A stretch of DNA of 59,328 nt, filler included, from Sphacelaria rigidula (Eukaryota): NCBI GenBank assembly GCA_964200075.2. It is 8 parts of 8 records of this genome, joined end to end, with 100 filler letters (N's around TTAATTAATTAA, not from the genome) between each part and the next. Parts side by side here need not be neighbours in the genome. Positions count along the whole stretch, not along the records: positions 37,145 to 44,472 come from CAXNAA020015420.1; positions 44,573 to 51,900 come from CAXNAA020015421.1; 6 more parts are not named here. One strand, given 5' to 3'. Shown here one piece after another: positions 37,145 to 50,001 of this stretch (positions are counted from its first letter, which is position 1; each line of letters begins with the position of its first letter). The position numbers and the translations under genes were made by a program. Under the pieces are notes generated by a model. The model searched no databases, had not been told where the DNA came from, and saw only the letters and a list, made by a program, of their open reading frames with translations.

Positions 37145-38102
37145 CTATGGCATGCATGATCATGAGTACACCCCCCCCTCCCCCCTTCCAGTAGATGACC
37201 TCAAATGACGCATGGCACTTACTGGGGGGTTATTAACACCTGTTTTTTTCCGACAAGATGTCATTTTCCATGAACATGTAGAAGTTAAAAGTTAGGCATC
37301 TGTATAGGAATTAGTGCTACAAGAAAATATCCTCACCGGTTTTGAGACATAAGTCACGTGCCTGTTCATGTGTATGTCTTTGCTGAGCTGTTTTCGTGAG
37401 GGTGCATCCTTCCATGCATTGCAAGTGGCGCACGCTGGTAAGTAAACCCCACTGCTGCGATGTATGCAAACAATATACATCTCCAATTTATACCTTCGCA
37501 GTTATCCTGGTACTTTCGGGGCAGGGTCGGAACACCTCGAGCGTGTTGCGATTTCTTTTCTTCACGATTTCACATGGTTTCAACTGTACGTTCTTTTCAA
37601 CTGTCTCTGTACTGCTGATGCAGCTGCGGCTGCTGATACTCTACCGTACATGCGATGTTTGTCATCAACCGTGGCTGACTACCACGGCATGAAATAGTCA
37701 GTGTGTCACCGCTCTCCATTGAACAGTCTACTGCACGCTGCTGGCGTCTCTGCTTAGTGTTTCACAACAACACCAAAGACAGAGTGAAGCGATGTTAACA
37801 GCACAAGAGGGGGTGCTAGGCAGGGGGCAAAGACTACGAGCAGAGCAAAACGCACGTCCCATGCGCATAGGTTTCTATAGTTGTCTGGTCTTCACCCCAA
37901 TGGTCAAATACGGCTTCGCTGCGAGGTAGGTCATCTGTAGGCTGTCATCTGTAGGGGAACAACGTTGCCATTCTGACCGTGCACAACCGTGAAAGTGGTC
38001 AATCTCCTCTCCCGCATTGGTCCTGGCTTAGAATTTTCCGTTGGAAACTTCAAAAACACACATGGTTGACGTTGAGCTTTCCGGTTGTTTTATCAACAGT
38101 CA

Positions 38103-38292
38103 AGCCGTGTCTTATCAAATTGTTTTCGACTCGAAAACGCACGGTGGAATCGAATTTGCTCTCACCTGGTACGTCAACGGCATCCATGTTCTCAACCATC
38201 TGAGAAAACAAAAAGCGTGAGCGAATCAGAAACGAGGGAATTCGATTCGACCGCACGTTTTCGACACGAAATTTTTTTGATAAGACACGGCC
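38103..38292. repeat. Imperfect inverted repeat (old fold-back MITE)
   Basis: GCCGTGTCTTATCAAA...CGAAAACG..CGGT.GAATCGAATT paired with AATTCGATTCGACCGCACGTTTTCG...TTTGATAAGACACGGC. Confidence 0.7.
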
Positions 38293-38812
38293 GTAGCAAC
38301 CCTTCCCTCCGCCTTGTGGAAAGCCCTGGATGCCTCGAGACTGTCGGCGGGCGAAACTGTTCCGAGGCGAAGCTCGCAGTCTGAGGGCTAAGGCAATGTT
38401 TTCGACCAACTGAGAGATTCAACGAACTAATCGCATCCCCACATAAAGATGGTTGGTGTCAGTGTAATGACGTGCGCGGTTCAATCTACAGCAACAAGCG
38501 GCAAAACCCACGCTAAAATTCACACTTTCCCTGAAGCACCGCTTCAACGACCCCACAGTAGAGTAGTCCAGTACAGAGGACAGCAGGAGGCGCTCACTCC
38601 AAGGTACCCAATACCTAGTCAGTTAAAGGTGCTCAGGGCAGAGTACGATACTCCAGGTGCTCCGGATTTCCCAGAGAATATTCAGTACTCGGTATAGTAC
38701 TCCAGGGTACATGGGGTATTGTATCAACTGCCGAATGTACTCAGTAAGTACTACAGTATGCTTGGAATATCGTCTGTCGAACACGCTCAACACGGGATTT
38801 TTTAATTGAGAA

Positions 38813-39742
38813 CGAGCTGGGCCGGCCGTGAAACGTGGAATCCGTGGGCATACCACAGCTTCTTCAGTTCCTCCAATCAGCCCGATTTAAGCATACCGAA
38901 GTAAACTGCAGATCTAGCTGGTAACATACGACTCCGCCGCTGCTCGATTGGGGCAGTTTTGTTGATCGGGTTATTGTACCGAATTGAGTACCGGGTACGT
39001 CTCATACCGTGGGGTGATGCAGTAGCGTGTTCTGAGTTCCCTCGTCTTTTACAAGACGCGGCGGAATTACTTGTGACGACTTTAACACGCAGCCAAGAGT
39101 GCGCTGGGAATGCTGCGAGATGGCATCAAGCTCGTCAGCAGCTCCATCATTGGAGGGGACCTCCGAGCCGATTGTCACATATACCGAGCACAGGCACAAG
39201 TAACCAACTCGGACAGGGCTGCAACGCTTTTCCTCGATCCAACCCCCAAGGTTGATCGTTCGTTCTCACTAGTGGAAAAAGGAACATGTACCAGATTATG
39301 GGGGATGAGAATGGTCGTATGGGGATTTGAACTCGTGACATGCGTAAGTGGAGGCTCCTCCATCAGTTAGTTGGACCACCGAGGTGCAGCGGTATCACAA
39401 AAAATTTCCACTCGCGGATCAATTTTACGAGTTTTTAACCGAAACTTTACTCGGAATTTCTGTGCGAGAGTAAAATATTAACATATGTAGGGATACGACC
39501 GTCTTTTTGTAATTTTCATGGAGTTATGACACTTTCTAGTTTTTGTTGACATTTCGAATAGCCCCAACTTTCAATGTAAATATATATATATATATCTATA
39601 TATTTCTTCGTATCCCGAACTGTTATATGTCTTGATGAAAATGTCGTGTCCAACCCATAGCCCCTAATTCCTGAAATTCAGCCGCGCGTCACCTCTACTG
39701 TCTACTGTCGGCAAATAAAAGTATCTTGGCCGGCCCAGTTCA
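38813..39742 (-). mobile_element. Related longer MITE (TIR CGAGCTGGGCCGGCC), copy D
   Basis: CGAGCTGGGCCGGCC...GGCCGGCCCAGTTCA-TA. The first ~230 bp align with 51593-51810. tRNA-like cassette on the minus strand at about 39320-39385. Confidence 0.72.
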
Positions 39743-39853
39743 TATGGACCTTTTATCGAGGATGAGGGCGTGTCTTGGCACTTTTTTTTTCGATCGAAAA
39801 AATGGGGCGGTGGAATTGTTTCGAGTAAAATTTTCTCATCTTGATGCGATTGC

Positions 39854-40380
39854 GTCCAGATGAATTTCCAAGCTTTCAATAAAAAAGACAGTACAATTCG
39901 TGAGTCGGCACTTGGTCACTCGTGTACAGTACAGACAGTCTATAATCTCTGCACTGCTTGCAAGCAGTGTCTTCAGTACGTGTGTGCGTGTTTCGCACAG
40001 GAGGGTATGGAGGAGAAGCGGGCAACGTGCAGTGCAGACAGCCCAGGACTTCAAGTTCTCTCTGCTTACATCCGGTAGTACGAAGAAGCGTTTCACTGTC
40101 TTGTCAAGAAAAAAAGTGGCGGTGCAATTGATTTGAGCGAAAATCACACATTTTTGTCGAGTTGGGTCCAATCGAATGTTCAAGCTTTCGATCGGAAAAA
40201 GACGGTGAAATTCGTGAAACGGTACATGGTCACTCGTGTACAGTACAGACAGTCTGTACTGTCTGCACTGCTTGCAGTGTGTCCCGAGTGCGTGTGTTCG
40301 TGTTTCGTGCAGTAAGATTTTCAAGAGAAGCGGGCAACGTGCAGTGCAGACAGCCCAACACTATCAATCCTCTCTGTTTA
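39854..40380. repeat. Diverged direct duplication (period ~310 bp)
   Basis: GGTCACTCGTGTACAGTACAGACAGTCT and GAAGCGGGCAACGTGCAGTGCAGACAGCCCA each occur twice, in the same order. Confidence 0.85.
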
Positions 40381-41074
40381 CAGGGCGACGTGAAAAGGAC
40401 TTCAGCAACGTGCAGCTGTGTACTGCCTGCACTACCCATGACCGTGTACGCAACTCGGTTGCCCAGCGTACCACGCAGTTCCGTCGCTGATCCTACCGTG
40501 GAAGAACATGCGCAAGTTTTCGCCAACATAGATAAACAAAGCAGAACCAACTACTGCAGCGTATCTATCCCTGTGTTCAACTCGTACTCGACGCTGCAGG
40601 GTTGGGATAGTAGCTCAAAATGAGTTGGATGGAGTTAGCATGGTTCTGTGAACGGATGTTATCTAGCGTGGTGTTCTATGAGATAGGAGTCAAGTGCCGC
40701 TTCGTGCCTGTCGACCGCATGTTTTCGATCGAAAAAGCTTAGCTTCATTGTTTTGTATAATAGTTTTTCTCCGCGCGCCACTGATTACAAATTGGAGTTG
40801 AAGCCTTCCAAGAACAGAAATACAGTGGACTTACCAGATCGAGACAAAAAAAAATCGACCGCACTTCAGACTACATAATGATGAGTTTATTCAAATCGAT
40901 CTAAGCACGCAAATCAGGGGGGATCTGGGTATATACCACTTGTGAACACAAGACGTACCTGGTCCTACAACTTCTGGCTTTTGCATAATAAGTTGGGACC
41001 AGCTGCTGCACCGTGGGGAGTGCATCGCGTCCGGTATTACCGTGTTTACCCTCGGTATTTACCGGGGTATCCCA

Positions 41075-41365
41075 TACCGTGGTATACGTGGGTATCGTAG
41101 GTATGAGTTTTGAAAATATCCGATTGAGCGGGTACCGTAGGTATTGAAATCTTGACATACCGTGGTATCGTAGGTATCGTAGGTACGACATTGGAAAATA
41201 CCCGATTGAGCGGGTACGGTAGGTATTGAAATCACGAAATACCGTGGTATCGTGGGTATCGTGGGTATGAGTTTTGAAAATACCCAATCGAGCGGGTACG
41301 GTAGGTATTGGAATCACGAAATATCGTGCTATCGTGGGTATCGTAGGTATTAAATTTGAAAATAC
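41075..41365. repeat. ~82-bp tandem repeat (about 3.5 units) built of GGTATCGT motifs
   Basis: Units TACCGTGGTATCGT.GGTATCGT.GGTA...GAAAATACCCGATTGAGCGGGTACGGTAGGTATTG.AATC. Probably the internal region of a DNA transposon. Confidence 0.85.
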
Positions 41366-41507
41366 CTTATTGGACCGGTATCGGTAGGGTATGAGATGTC
41401 TCAAATACCGGTACCGGGTACCTACCTCACCTACGGTGCCTGTGCACATCGGCAAAAAAAAAAGCGACAGCACGTTTTTGATCGAAGAAAAAAGTGCGAA
41501 GACACGC

Positions 41508-41822
41508 CCTGAACCTCGGGAAGAGCCTTCATAAGCATCGAAATACTTTCTAAATAAGAACGCAAATTCACTCTGCGGCCGTGATGTGTGGCCCCGTTCA
41601 TCCCCAAAAGAATCTATCCGCAATTTGTAAAATCCCGCATTTATACTGGACAATTCCGACCTCCGCTCGTTTCGTACAAAAAAACTGTTCTTAGATGTCA
41701 GAATCCTCTGTTATCATGGGATTTTACAATTGGCGGGTGGCTCTATTTCGAAGGATAAGCGAGGCCACACATCACGGCCAGATAGAGAATATTTCGATGC
41801 TTACTGAGGTTCTCAAGGTTCA
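41508..41822. repeat. Degenerate fold-back element
   Basis: Three nested inverted pairs: TAAGCATCGAAATA/TATTTCGATGCTTA, GGCCGTGATGTGTGGCC/GGCCACACATCACGGCC and TTGTAAAATCCC/GGGATTTTACAA. Confidence 0.7.
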
Positions 41823-43010
41823 TCCTCAATAAAAAAAAGTCCTCGGCTATTAAAATCAAGTGTTACCCGAGTGTCCCAGAGTGCGGAGAACTAATTGCCT
41901 GCGGAACATATGGAGTACTTCAGAGTACCTCGAGAATCGCGCCGAAAATGAGTATTGCAGCGAGTGCCTGGAGTGTCTCTCGGATGCTGAAAATACTGGG
42001 TGTTCTGGAGTACTAGTAATAGGAGACTCGTCACCTCAACTTACTCGAACTCGAACTCGTACTCATACTCTACCCGAGTATCTGAGGTTACCCTAGGTTG
42101 GATTGGACAAAAAATATCGGTGCGTCTCAAACGCGGTTGTCGTAGACGTGCAATAAATTTACGTGCGAACTGATTCGACAAAACCCATTTCTTTGTCTCG
42201 ATAACACACGCTCTGAACGATGGGGCGTTCAAATGATGAGATAGGGACGCGCGATTGCAGCAAAATAAGTTGCCAAGCACGAGATCTCGCGCAAGCGTCA
42301 CGAACAACCTGCGGCGTTTCCACAGGTCAATTTTTCGGGCTCTGACAACAGTGCTGTAGTTCCTGCTTCGTGTTTGACAAAGAAGGCAACAAATGTCTAT
42401 TTTGAAGAGCATGGGGGAGCGGACTCGCAAATCGCAACGCTAGAGTGTCGCCTAGCATCTTCAGGAGCTTTCTTCGCCAACGTCTAGCGTGTAAGCCGTC
42501 ACGGAAACATCACTGTTCATCACGCATGTGCACACCGTGGTACTGTTGTGTAACGTGTACAGAATCGCGTGCCAGCTTCACTTCAGCACAAATATGTCAT
42601 CCGATTGTGCTCGAAATCAAATTTCTCACCGGAACTTGCGATATTTTCTCTCGACAGCACGTGTTGATTGCACTGGCTGTATGAGGTACAATTTTTATCC
42701 GGAGTATCGATCGTGACATTCTGTGCACGGAGACGGGCACAGCTGCGTACTTACAGCCATGCTCTGGTCTCAGCCCCATGCGTCGAAATGCACCTGGCTC
42801 GGGTTACCGGCTGTACAGTATCTACGAGTATTCGACTATATCAGAACGTCTTCGCCCACAGGCCAAACAGAGCGCAGCCAGTGTTTGACGCGAAAAATCA
42901 GCTACACCTTCCGTGTCACGTGTTGCCCGACGTGACGCCCTCAAGCAACAACACGCAACGAATGATCCTCTCGATCGACACACGGAACACACACAACCGG
43001 CCGCACCCAC

Positions 43011-43361
43011 CTCACAGTTGACATATCGCCCAAAGTACGCCGTGATGCTGTACATCAACGAGGTCAAGAAAATCATGGACAACTCGTGCAGCTCCCTGCC
43101 TCCGGACGTCGCATACTCCATCACAATCCCGTACACAATGAAGCTGCACATGATCCCCACAAAACACGCCCCCAGCCAGAACCACCCTGCGTTGGGCGTC
43201 TCGTAGCCATCTTCTCCCCCGCTACTCCCTCCATGTCCTCCTTTACTACCGTGACCGCCAGAGCTTGAGCCATGCCCGCCGCCATGGTCGGCGGAGGAAA
43301 CGCCGACGCTGCCGAGCTCGATCGCCATCGGCGGCGGGTTGGATCTAGTGGTGACGGGCAT
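43011..43361 (-). CDS. First coding exon of a nucleotide-sugar/PAPS transporter (SLC35B/UAA family-like)
   Basis: ATG at 43361. A G/H/S-rich N-terminus is followed by two TM helices (WLGACFVGIMCSFIVYGIVMEY...IFLTSLMYSITAYFGR) and a phase-0 donor GAG|GTGGGT at 43011/43010. Downstream exons were not found in this contig. Confidence 0.78.
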
Positions 43362-43574
43362 TTCTTTCGGTATCCTCGTCCGTTGGCTGAAGGAGGAGTT
43401 GGCTGAGCGCTACTGCGCTGCTGCCTAGCCGACGGCAAGGCCAGGGTGTTCTTCGGGTGTGCTGTGGTCAGTCACGTGATGGAGGGTTGAGCTAGAAATC
43501 TGTCATGATCCAGTTTGTTCCATTTCATATTTCGTTCGCGTTCGTTTCGTTGCTTGTCTGGGAGCTTCACAAGT

Positions 43575-43695
43575 GGATTGATCCATTGATTGTCGCAGTT
43601 TAACTGACGCCCCAGGGATCCCAGCCGTGGTCGCATGATAAACGTGTAGTACCCAAGACACAACAAAACTGAAACACTCGCTGAAAAAAAACAGT
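43575..43695 (-). mobile_element. 3' end of the CAAT-tailed retroposon family
   Basis: Reverse complement aligns with 34240-34350. Confidence 0.6.
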
Positions 43696-44472
43696 GGAAC
43701 ATGTACAAAGTTGTGGGGGATGAAGCCTCTGTAACAGCAATGACGGGCGAAGGTTCCACTTGGAGGAACTATAGAAGTCAGCATCAGAAGTTTTCAGAAT
43801 TCGTTGTTGTCCTTTTTCATGAGTTTTTCTGGAGTACCATTCTCCACTACTACTTGAAAGTGCTAGCGCCGGTAGATTTAGGGAGAAAGTGTAGGCCGCG
43901 CTCAAACTGCAGTGCTCACGTTGGCGTTTTTGGGGCGTACGGACTTGATACCCCGCTTATCAGGAGGGTGTTATTCACCGTTTTTAGTCCAATACAAGCA
44001 GTTTTTCCGCTCTTCAGCGACGAAACGGTAAATATCCAGATGAATTCATATAAATATAAAACTCTTCACAATGACGATCGAGATCGTGTTTCCCTCCTAT
44101 ACTGCACAGACCTCAGTCTAGCATTTTCTGCGGATGACCTATTTTCGGGGGGTTTTCGCATAACATTTTCCATGAGCTCTCGAAAGTGCTAGTGTCGATA
44201 GTTTTGGCAAAATAAGCAAACCATGCACAAATCATGATCGCCCAAGTTTGTGTTGTGGGGGCGATACCGGGTAAAGACCCCGTTTATCAGGAGGGTACTA
44301 TTGACCGTAAATGGTCCAAGAAACATAATTTTCGCCCGCTTTAGCGCAGTGACTAGGTGGAATTCCAAAAAAACAATACTTTTTGCGTCTTCATATATAT
44401 AATCCGGATCGAGTCGGTCCACCGAAAACACCGAGAAGCTAGAACCTGGGGTCGTATTTTCGCAGGACCCCC

Positions 44473-44572
44473 NNNNNNNNNNNNNNNNNNNNNNNNNNNN
44501 NNNNNNNNNNNNNNNNTTAATTAATTAANNNNNNNNNNNNNNNNNNNNNNNNNNNNNNNNNNNNNNNNNNNN
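44473..44572. other. Artificial contig linker
   Basis: N44-TTAATTAATTAA-N44. Confidence 0.99.
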
Positions 44573-45369
44573 CAGTAGTCTAGTTGGTTGTCTCTTAAAC
44601 CGTCACAGTGCATTATTATTTAATGCCTCTGCTCGAAATATATTGATTTTAGTATGTATTATTATGCATGCCATATCTCGAGATGGATAGCGATTGAGAT
44701 TAAGGTGGGGGTATCGATTGTTTCCCCGTGCTCCAGTGAATATCTACTCCAAAACTCGCCATCATCCGCTCGATATATCGTTCGGGGTTTCATGTAGTAG
44801 TGGCCTTTGTTAGTGTAGGCCCTGTGTCCTACGAGTACGGTATACAGGAGCTTCTAGACATTGACGTTTAATCAACAAGAAAAAAATGGCCTAGGTTTTG
44901 AGCAGATGTGTATCTTCTCCTCGATTAGATGATTAATGCGATATGCGAATCACGGCTTAGTTCGTCTGTGTCGATGAGATATTGCTTTGAGAGCTCAAAC
45001 CCGTGTCTAGGCTTGGCCAACTCGTAGCGACCAACGGGTTGTTATGACAACGGGTCTTCGTGTGGCCGCCTAAAACAAATATATATATTCTGCTGACGAA
45101 ATAAATCGTGTAAAAAAAAACATATAGAAAAAACTCAGCGAGCCCCTAGTAGTGTCTATTTTTCGTCTCAAGGCGCCGCCGAAGTTTCAGCTTACACTAG
45201 GAGCCGCACTTGCGGCGACTGTGTTGGGATCTGGATCGATACGATCCTCCACATTCCTCAGCTTAATTTCTCTTCTACCCTGCATCACCGTGTCGCGGAG
45301 GCAAAAATATACGAAAAGCTCCGTGGCTTGTTGACTGTACATCTTCGTGGCATCTCTTCAGGACAGGCG

Positions 45370-45387
45370 ATGAATCAACAACAAAAC

Positions 45388-45468
<81 letters not shown>

Positions 45469-46050
45469 CAGCAGGAACAGAAAAATCATCAGCATAATCT
45501 ACAAGTGCAATCTTCTGCACCGCAGCAGGGCACAACTATGTCAGCTTCCGCAACAGCTGTGCCCGCGCCTACCGGCACGTCCGCCGCCGCACCAGCGACA
45601 TCCGCGGCGCAACTCAATACCACAACCCCTCTCTCAAGCGCCGCACCAGGGACATCAGCAGCGCCAGCATCAGCGCAGCTACAACAAAGTCCTAACACAC
45701 TTCCCACTCCTTACGGGATGCTATGCTGGCCTTCACTCCCTGGTGTACAACAGCAGACGACCGGTGGTGCCCCGGGCCTGCAGCACCAGCAGGCTGTTGG
45801 CGTCGCGCCTCCCAACATCCAGCAAGGCGGATTGGTCGTGGGGAGGGGCATCCTGTCTGGCATGCAGGGTAGTGGAGGAATTCCCTTGGGCTTGCTTCCG
45901 CCGCCGCCGCCAGGCGCCGTGGCGGCAGCGGCGGCGGCAGCGGCGGCGGCGGGAGTAGGAGGGGGAGGGGGAGCGGCTGGCATGGCGGTAGATGAGAGTG
46001 CCAAGGCAAGGCGTAAGCGAGCTAAGAATGAAGGGCCTGTGTATCAAAAG
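45370..46050 (+). CDS. Probable first coding exon of a Q/A/P/G-rich protein, possibly a nuclear regulator
   Basis: ATG at 45370 opens 227 codons with a poly-Q (CAG) tract, poly-A and poly-G stretches and a basic NLS-like KARRKRAK, ending at a phase-0 donor AAG|GTGGGC. No recognisable folded domain. Confidence 0.7.
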
Positions 46051-47956
46051 GTGGGCATTACCTGTGCGAGCGTGTGTTCGAGGGTGTTTCCAGTGCCAGT
46101 TTTTTGCTGTGCAAAGTACGGCACATCGGTGTCGGCTTTGGTATACGAGGAGATATTGTACTATGGGAGAGCTGGTTAGTTGCAAAGGCTTGTTCGAAGT
46201 CTGGATTCGTGTCCCACAACAGTACGTGCTGATCGCCATGAGGTGATATGCGAACCTTGTCAAAGCCCAGGCGTCGACGGGCGTCGCAGGCAGTTGGTGG
46301 AGGTTTATGAGCTTCTCCGTCGGCCGAATCTTTGTGTTCACACGAAAAAAACAACTGAGGGAGGTTTGTAATTTTCGCAAACCACACATCCCCTCTTTTT
46401 GTGTTTTTTTGCGCTGTCGTGATTTTCATGCCCCTTGGATTTTCGTCTATTTCTCTTCAACGTAATCAATCTCCTGGGCGCAAATGAGTCGATCTTCCGC
46501 TCGACACCCCGTGCAGCAAATGTCGCAACCTGCTGCTGCAGCCCTCGTTCTGGCGCTCCTAGATATGTTCTCCCTCGTCGCGACGCGGCGTGGTTATGTT
46601 TTGAGGTTTCGCCGCATAAATCGTTTTGGGGTGTTGAAATCCCGCCGCTTTCCACACCCCCCACCAAGGTGTGCCCACACTGTACTCGTGTGCCCCCAAT
46701 CTGTCTTCCTCTGTGTATGTGTGCTCCAGAATGACTACCTCAACAGGGCACGATATGAACCAACTCATACCCTGCCCTGTCTGTACTGTACGTATCACCT
46801 CTCAAGTAAGATGTAAATAAAAAGCCACTCCACCTTTCTCGCTAAAGCTTGATTGAGGACTCGCTCATCCTGCCTTTCGTCTAGTTGTATGTCGCATGTC
46901 GATCGCGTCTCGTTCTCACCATGCCTCTTGTACACGAGCTCCGAAACACACATTATCGTGTAAATCACCACCGGGTGATCGGATGCTAGATGTTACAGAA
47001 AATATCCCACCATTTTGGTGGCAGCGAAGTCACCGGGGTCTGCCGGAGCATTTTTATGTTAAGTGGTTTGCGGCAAGGCTTACACAACCAACAACGTCTA
47101 GTTGAATGAGTTGGGTGATCTGTTGAAGAACGATATGTTTCCTTATGCTGCGTACGTATTGCCTGATTAGTGTCTGGGCCTTGGGAACGGCGTTTAGCTG
47201 GTTGAGAGTACCGTCTGTAATATACGCTTGGGTATCGCGCATGCGCATATCAGTGCCTCTCGATCCATCACTAAACGCATCTGGTATTGCTCGCATTTCA
47301 GTAGCTCGATTCTCCATGTCGGGTGTCATCCCACCGAAGATGTAAACCCAATAGTAGAATACGGACAGCACTGTGCAGCTAGTAATATGTGCAGCAAGGT
47401 ATCCCACTGACTGCAGCCAGAGCGAGTCTCGAGCAGCGGTACTGTATTTGATCTCGCGTGTATGCAGAGAGTTTCATCGAATTTGTAAAATATCGCCTGT
47501 GTTGGTTTGGTCACGGAGTATCGTACTGTCTGTAGTGTAACAAGCCTCTCACAGTCAGTACAGAACATAAAACATGCCCTTTCTTTCCATCGTTACATTC
47601 GTGAATGCATTACTACTGCTCGGTACTTCAAAATATTTGGAGCAGTACAGGAAAGAGTGGGCGTCTGAAGTTGCCCCCCTCGAGGCAGATATAACAATTC
47701 GAGCATACCGGCTGTGCATGAAGGATGGCGAGAAGATGGAGTCTTTCTAGTAGTTGATTGAGGGACTTTTTCAAATTCCGAAGGGTTGCACCCTGCAGTA
47801 CAGACAACGTAGTCAGGAGTAATGGGCCATGTCTGACGAAGATGCGATAATGAAAGTTCAGGAGAGAACAAGAATCTCGGCTCGTTCTCGACTCTCCAGC
47901 CTGCAACTGACTCTCTCTTTCGTCGAAGCCTGTCGTAGCAGCTAGACACGGTCAGT

Positions 47957-48325
47957 TCAAGTAACTTGTTCACCAACCAAATTTAGCTGTACGATCAAGT
48001 AACCTTTCTCAGATTGTCTAATATCAAGTAACTTGGTTCAACTATATTCAGATCAAGTAACTTGCCTCAGATGGGAAACTCTCAGGTGACGTGGTTCACT
48101 CACACTTGGTTCAAGTGACTCGCCTCAGCTACTCTAGAATTAAGTAACTTGTTTCACCTACACTTTGGGGAAGTACCTCGCCTCCTCAGCTAGTCCATCA
48201 AGGGATGTCGTTCACCTGTACTCAGTTCAAGTAATTTGCCTTCCAAATCGAACATCAAGTAACTTGTCTAAGCAACTCTAGAATCAAGTGAAGTGGCTCG
48301 CTCACCCATACTCAGTTCAGCGTAC
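47957..48325. repeat. Diverged 29-bp-period array with core TCAAGTAACTTG
   Basis: Core starts at 47995, 48024, 48053, 48082, 48111, 48140, 48169, 48198, 48227, 48255 and 48284, with outliers at 47957 and 48317. Confidence 0.85.
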
Positions 48326-48693
48326 TTTCACGGTTTGACAGGCGACTCGGTTGAATTTATGACGAAAATTGTTCCGATAATAATTTCCCGGATTTCCGTC
48401 TCTTACAAGAGATTCAACACCAGAAAATAAGCAAATGTCATTCGAGTCGTATAGGTCGGTTCAGGTTGAAGGGATTTGAATCCCAGCAAATCCTCACGCT
48501 GTTGTATGAAGTTAGGGCGTGTCGTCGCACATTATTTTTCGATCGAAAATGTGCCGTGGAAAAGAAAACCTTAGATCTGATGGGTCGTGATGTCAATTAT
48601 TACCGTATTTATGTTAACGATGGTTGAAATCACGACCGACCGCATCGGATTTTTTATCCGCCGCACTTTTTCGATTGAAAAATGATGTTATAA

Positions 48694-49516
48694 GGCCGGA
48701 TGTTATGGGAACAGATCTTCGGCCCCGGATTTTCAAAGTTCGTGTGACACCCATGTTATGGGTACAGAAATATCGAAATTTTGGGTGAAAAAATCCTTGG
48801 CCAAGATTCGGGGCTCGAGTCTCACGGAGTTTTGGGCAAATTGGCGGGGGTCTGCAAGCACTGATTTTTGCCCATGGATTTTTGCGTTTTGGCCGGCAGA
48901 CCGTCGTAATGGGGTCACGCCGCGTTCTTCTTCGATGTGCCGGCGTGCTGGCTTCGCCTTTGTGAGTGATCCTGTCGACAACAACCAACAACACACAAAG
49001 TAAACCACACACCGCAACCGACACGCTATGAAGCCCGCTTTGCGCGTACGAGACAAAAAACGACACGCCTTGTTCGTCGGTCTCCTGGCAAAACCATTGC
49101 AGAGACGTTGAGAGAGTAGACATGTGATGCGCACTGTCGCTGTCTGGCGGGTAGTTGTGTGCGATCCTTCGATGAAGGATTCAATTTTAGCAAGAAAGAG
49201 GGGGGCATGGTCGCTTACTTATGTGCTCGAAAGAACCGGCACTGGTGTTAGTGGGGTGGTGATGACCTCTCTGCGGTAGTGACGCTACATTACGACAGCA
49301 CGCCACAGCACACGAGACATCTACGGGACTGTGAGCTATTGAAACACGCTAAACATAAAACTCGAAACCATGGTGGATGTATACAAATCAGAACGGTATG
49401 GTATGAAAATCTGTGTGCTGCCATAATATCGTTCCCGAAACCAAATTTGCCGCGGATATGTTTCACCAGGATTCCAAAATCTGGGGGCCGAAGATCTGTT
49501 GCCACAACATCCGGCC
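48694..49516. mobile_element. PIF/Harbinger-like non-autonomous element
   Basis: TAA-GGCCGGATGTTATGGGAACAGATCTTCGGCCCCC...GGGGGCCGAAGATCTGTTGCCACAACATCCGGCC-TAA. Confidence 0.88.
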
Positions 49517-49527
49517 TAAGCTCCTAA

Positions 49528-49998
49528 GGCCGCCTCTCATGGGAGGCGTTCAAAATTCTTGCTGAAAACTGTCCTTTTGGCCCTCCTCCGTCGTTTTACG
49601 CCTGAAAAGAGGGCTAGGCGAATGCTAATGCCTTGGGATGACTTGCTCTACTCATCGAGGCCGTTCCAGCGCAACTTTGCATTTCCCGCTGGCCGCACTT
49701 TCATTTTTGGCCAAATACGAATTTTCAACAAAAAACGGTCAAGCGATCAAAAAACGGGGGGAATTTTCATCGTCTGACCGTTTTTTGCCGAAAATCCGTG
49801 TCTGGCCTCATTTGGCCAAAAATAAAAGTGCGGCCAGCGCGTAATGCAAAGGTGTCCTAGAACGGTCTCAACGAGTAGAGCAAGTCGTTCCAAGGCGTCA
49901 ACATCCGCCTAGGCCTATTTTCGGGCGTAAATCGACGGAGAAGGGCCCAAAAGACAGTTTTCGACAGGAATTTTGAACGGCTCCCATTAGAGTTGGCC
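49528..49998. mobile_element. Fold-back PIF/Harbinger-like MITE
   Basis: TAA-GGCC...GGCC-TAA with inverted arms of about 210 bp. Confidence 0.85.
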
Positions 49999-50001
49999 TA
50001 A

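Noticed and set aside
40901-41653. 250-aa minus-strand ORF
   Set aside because: Open only because it reads through the stop-poor 82-bp GGTATCGT repeat (IPTIPT-type peptides).
47957-48325. CRISPR interpretation of the 29-bp array
   Set aside because: The core is only ~12 bp, the spacers are ~17 bp and related to each other in an alternating pattern, and there are no cas genes. It is kept as a non-CRISPR finding.
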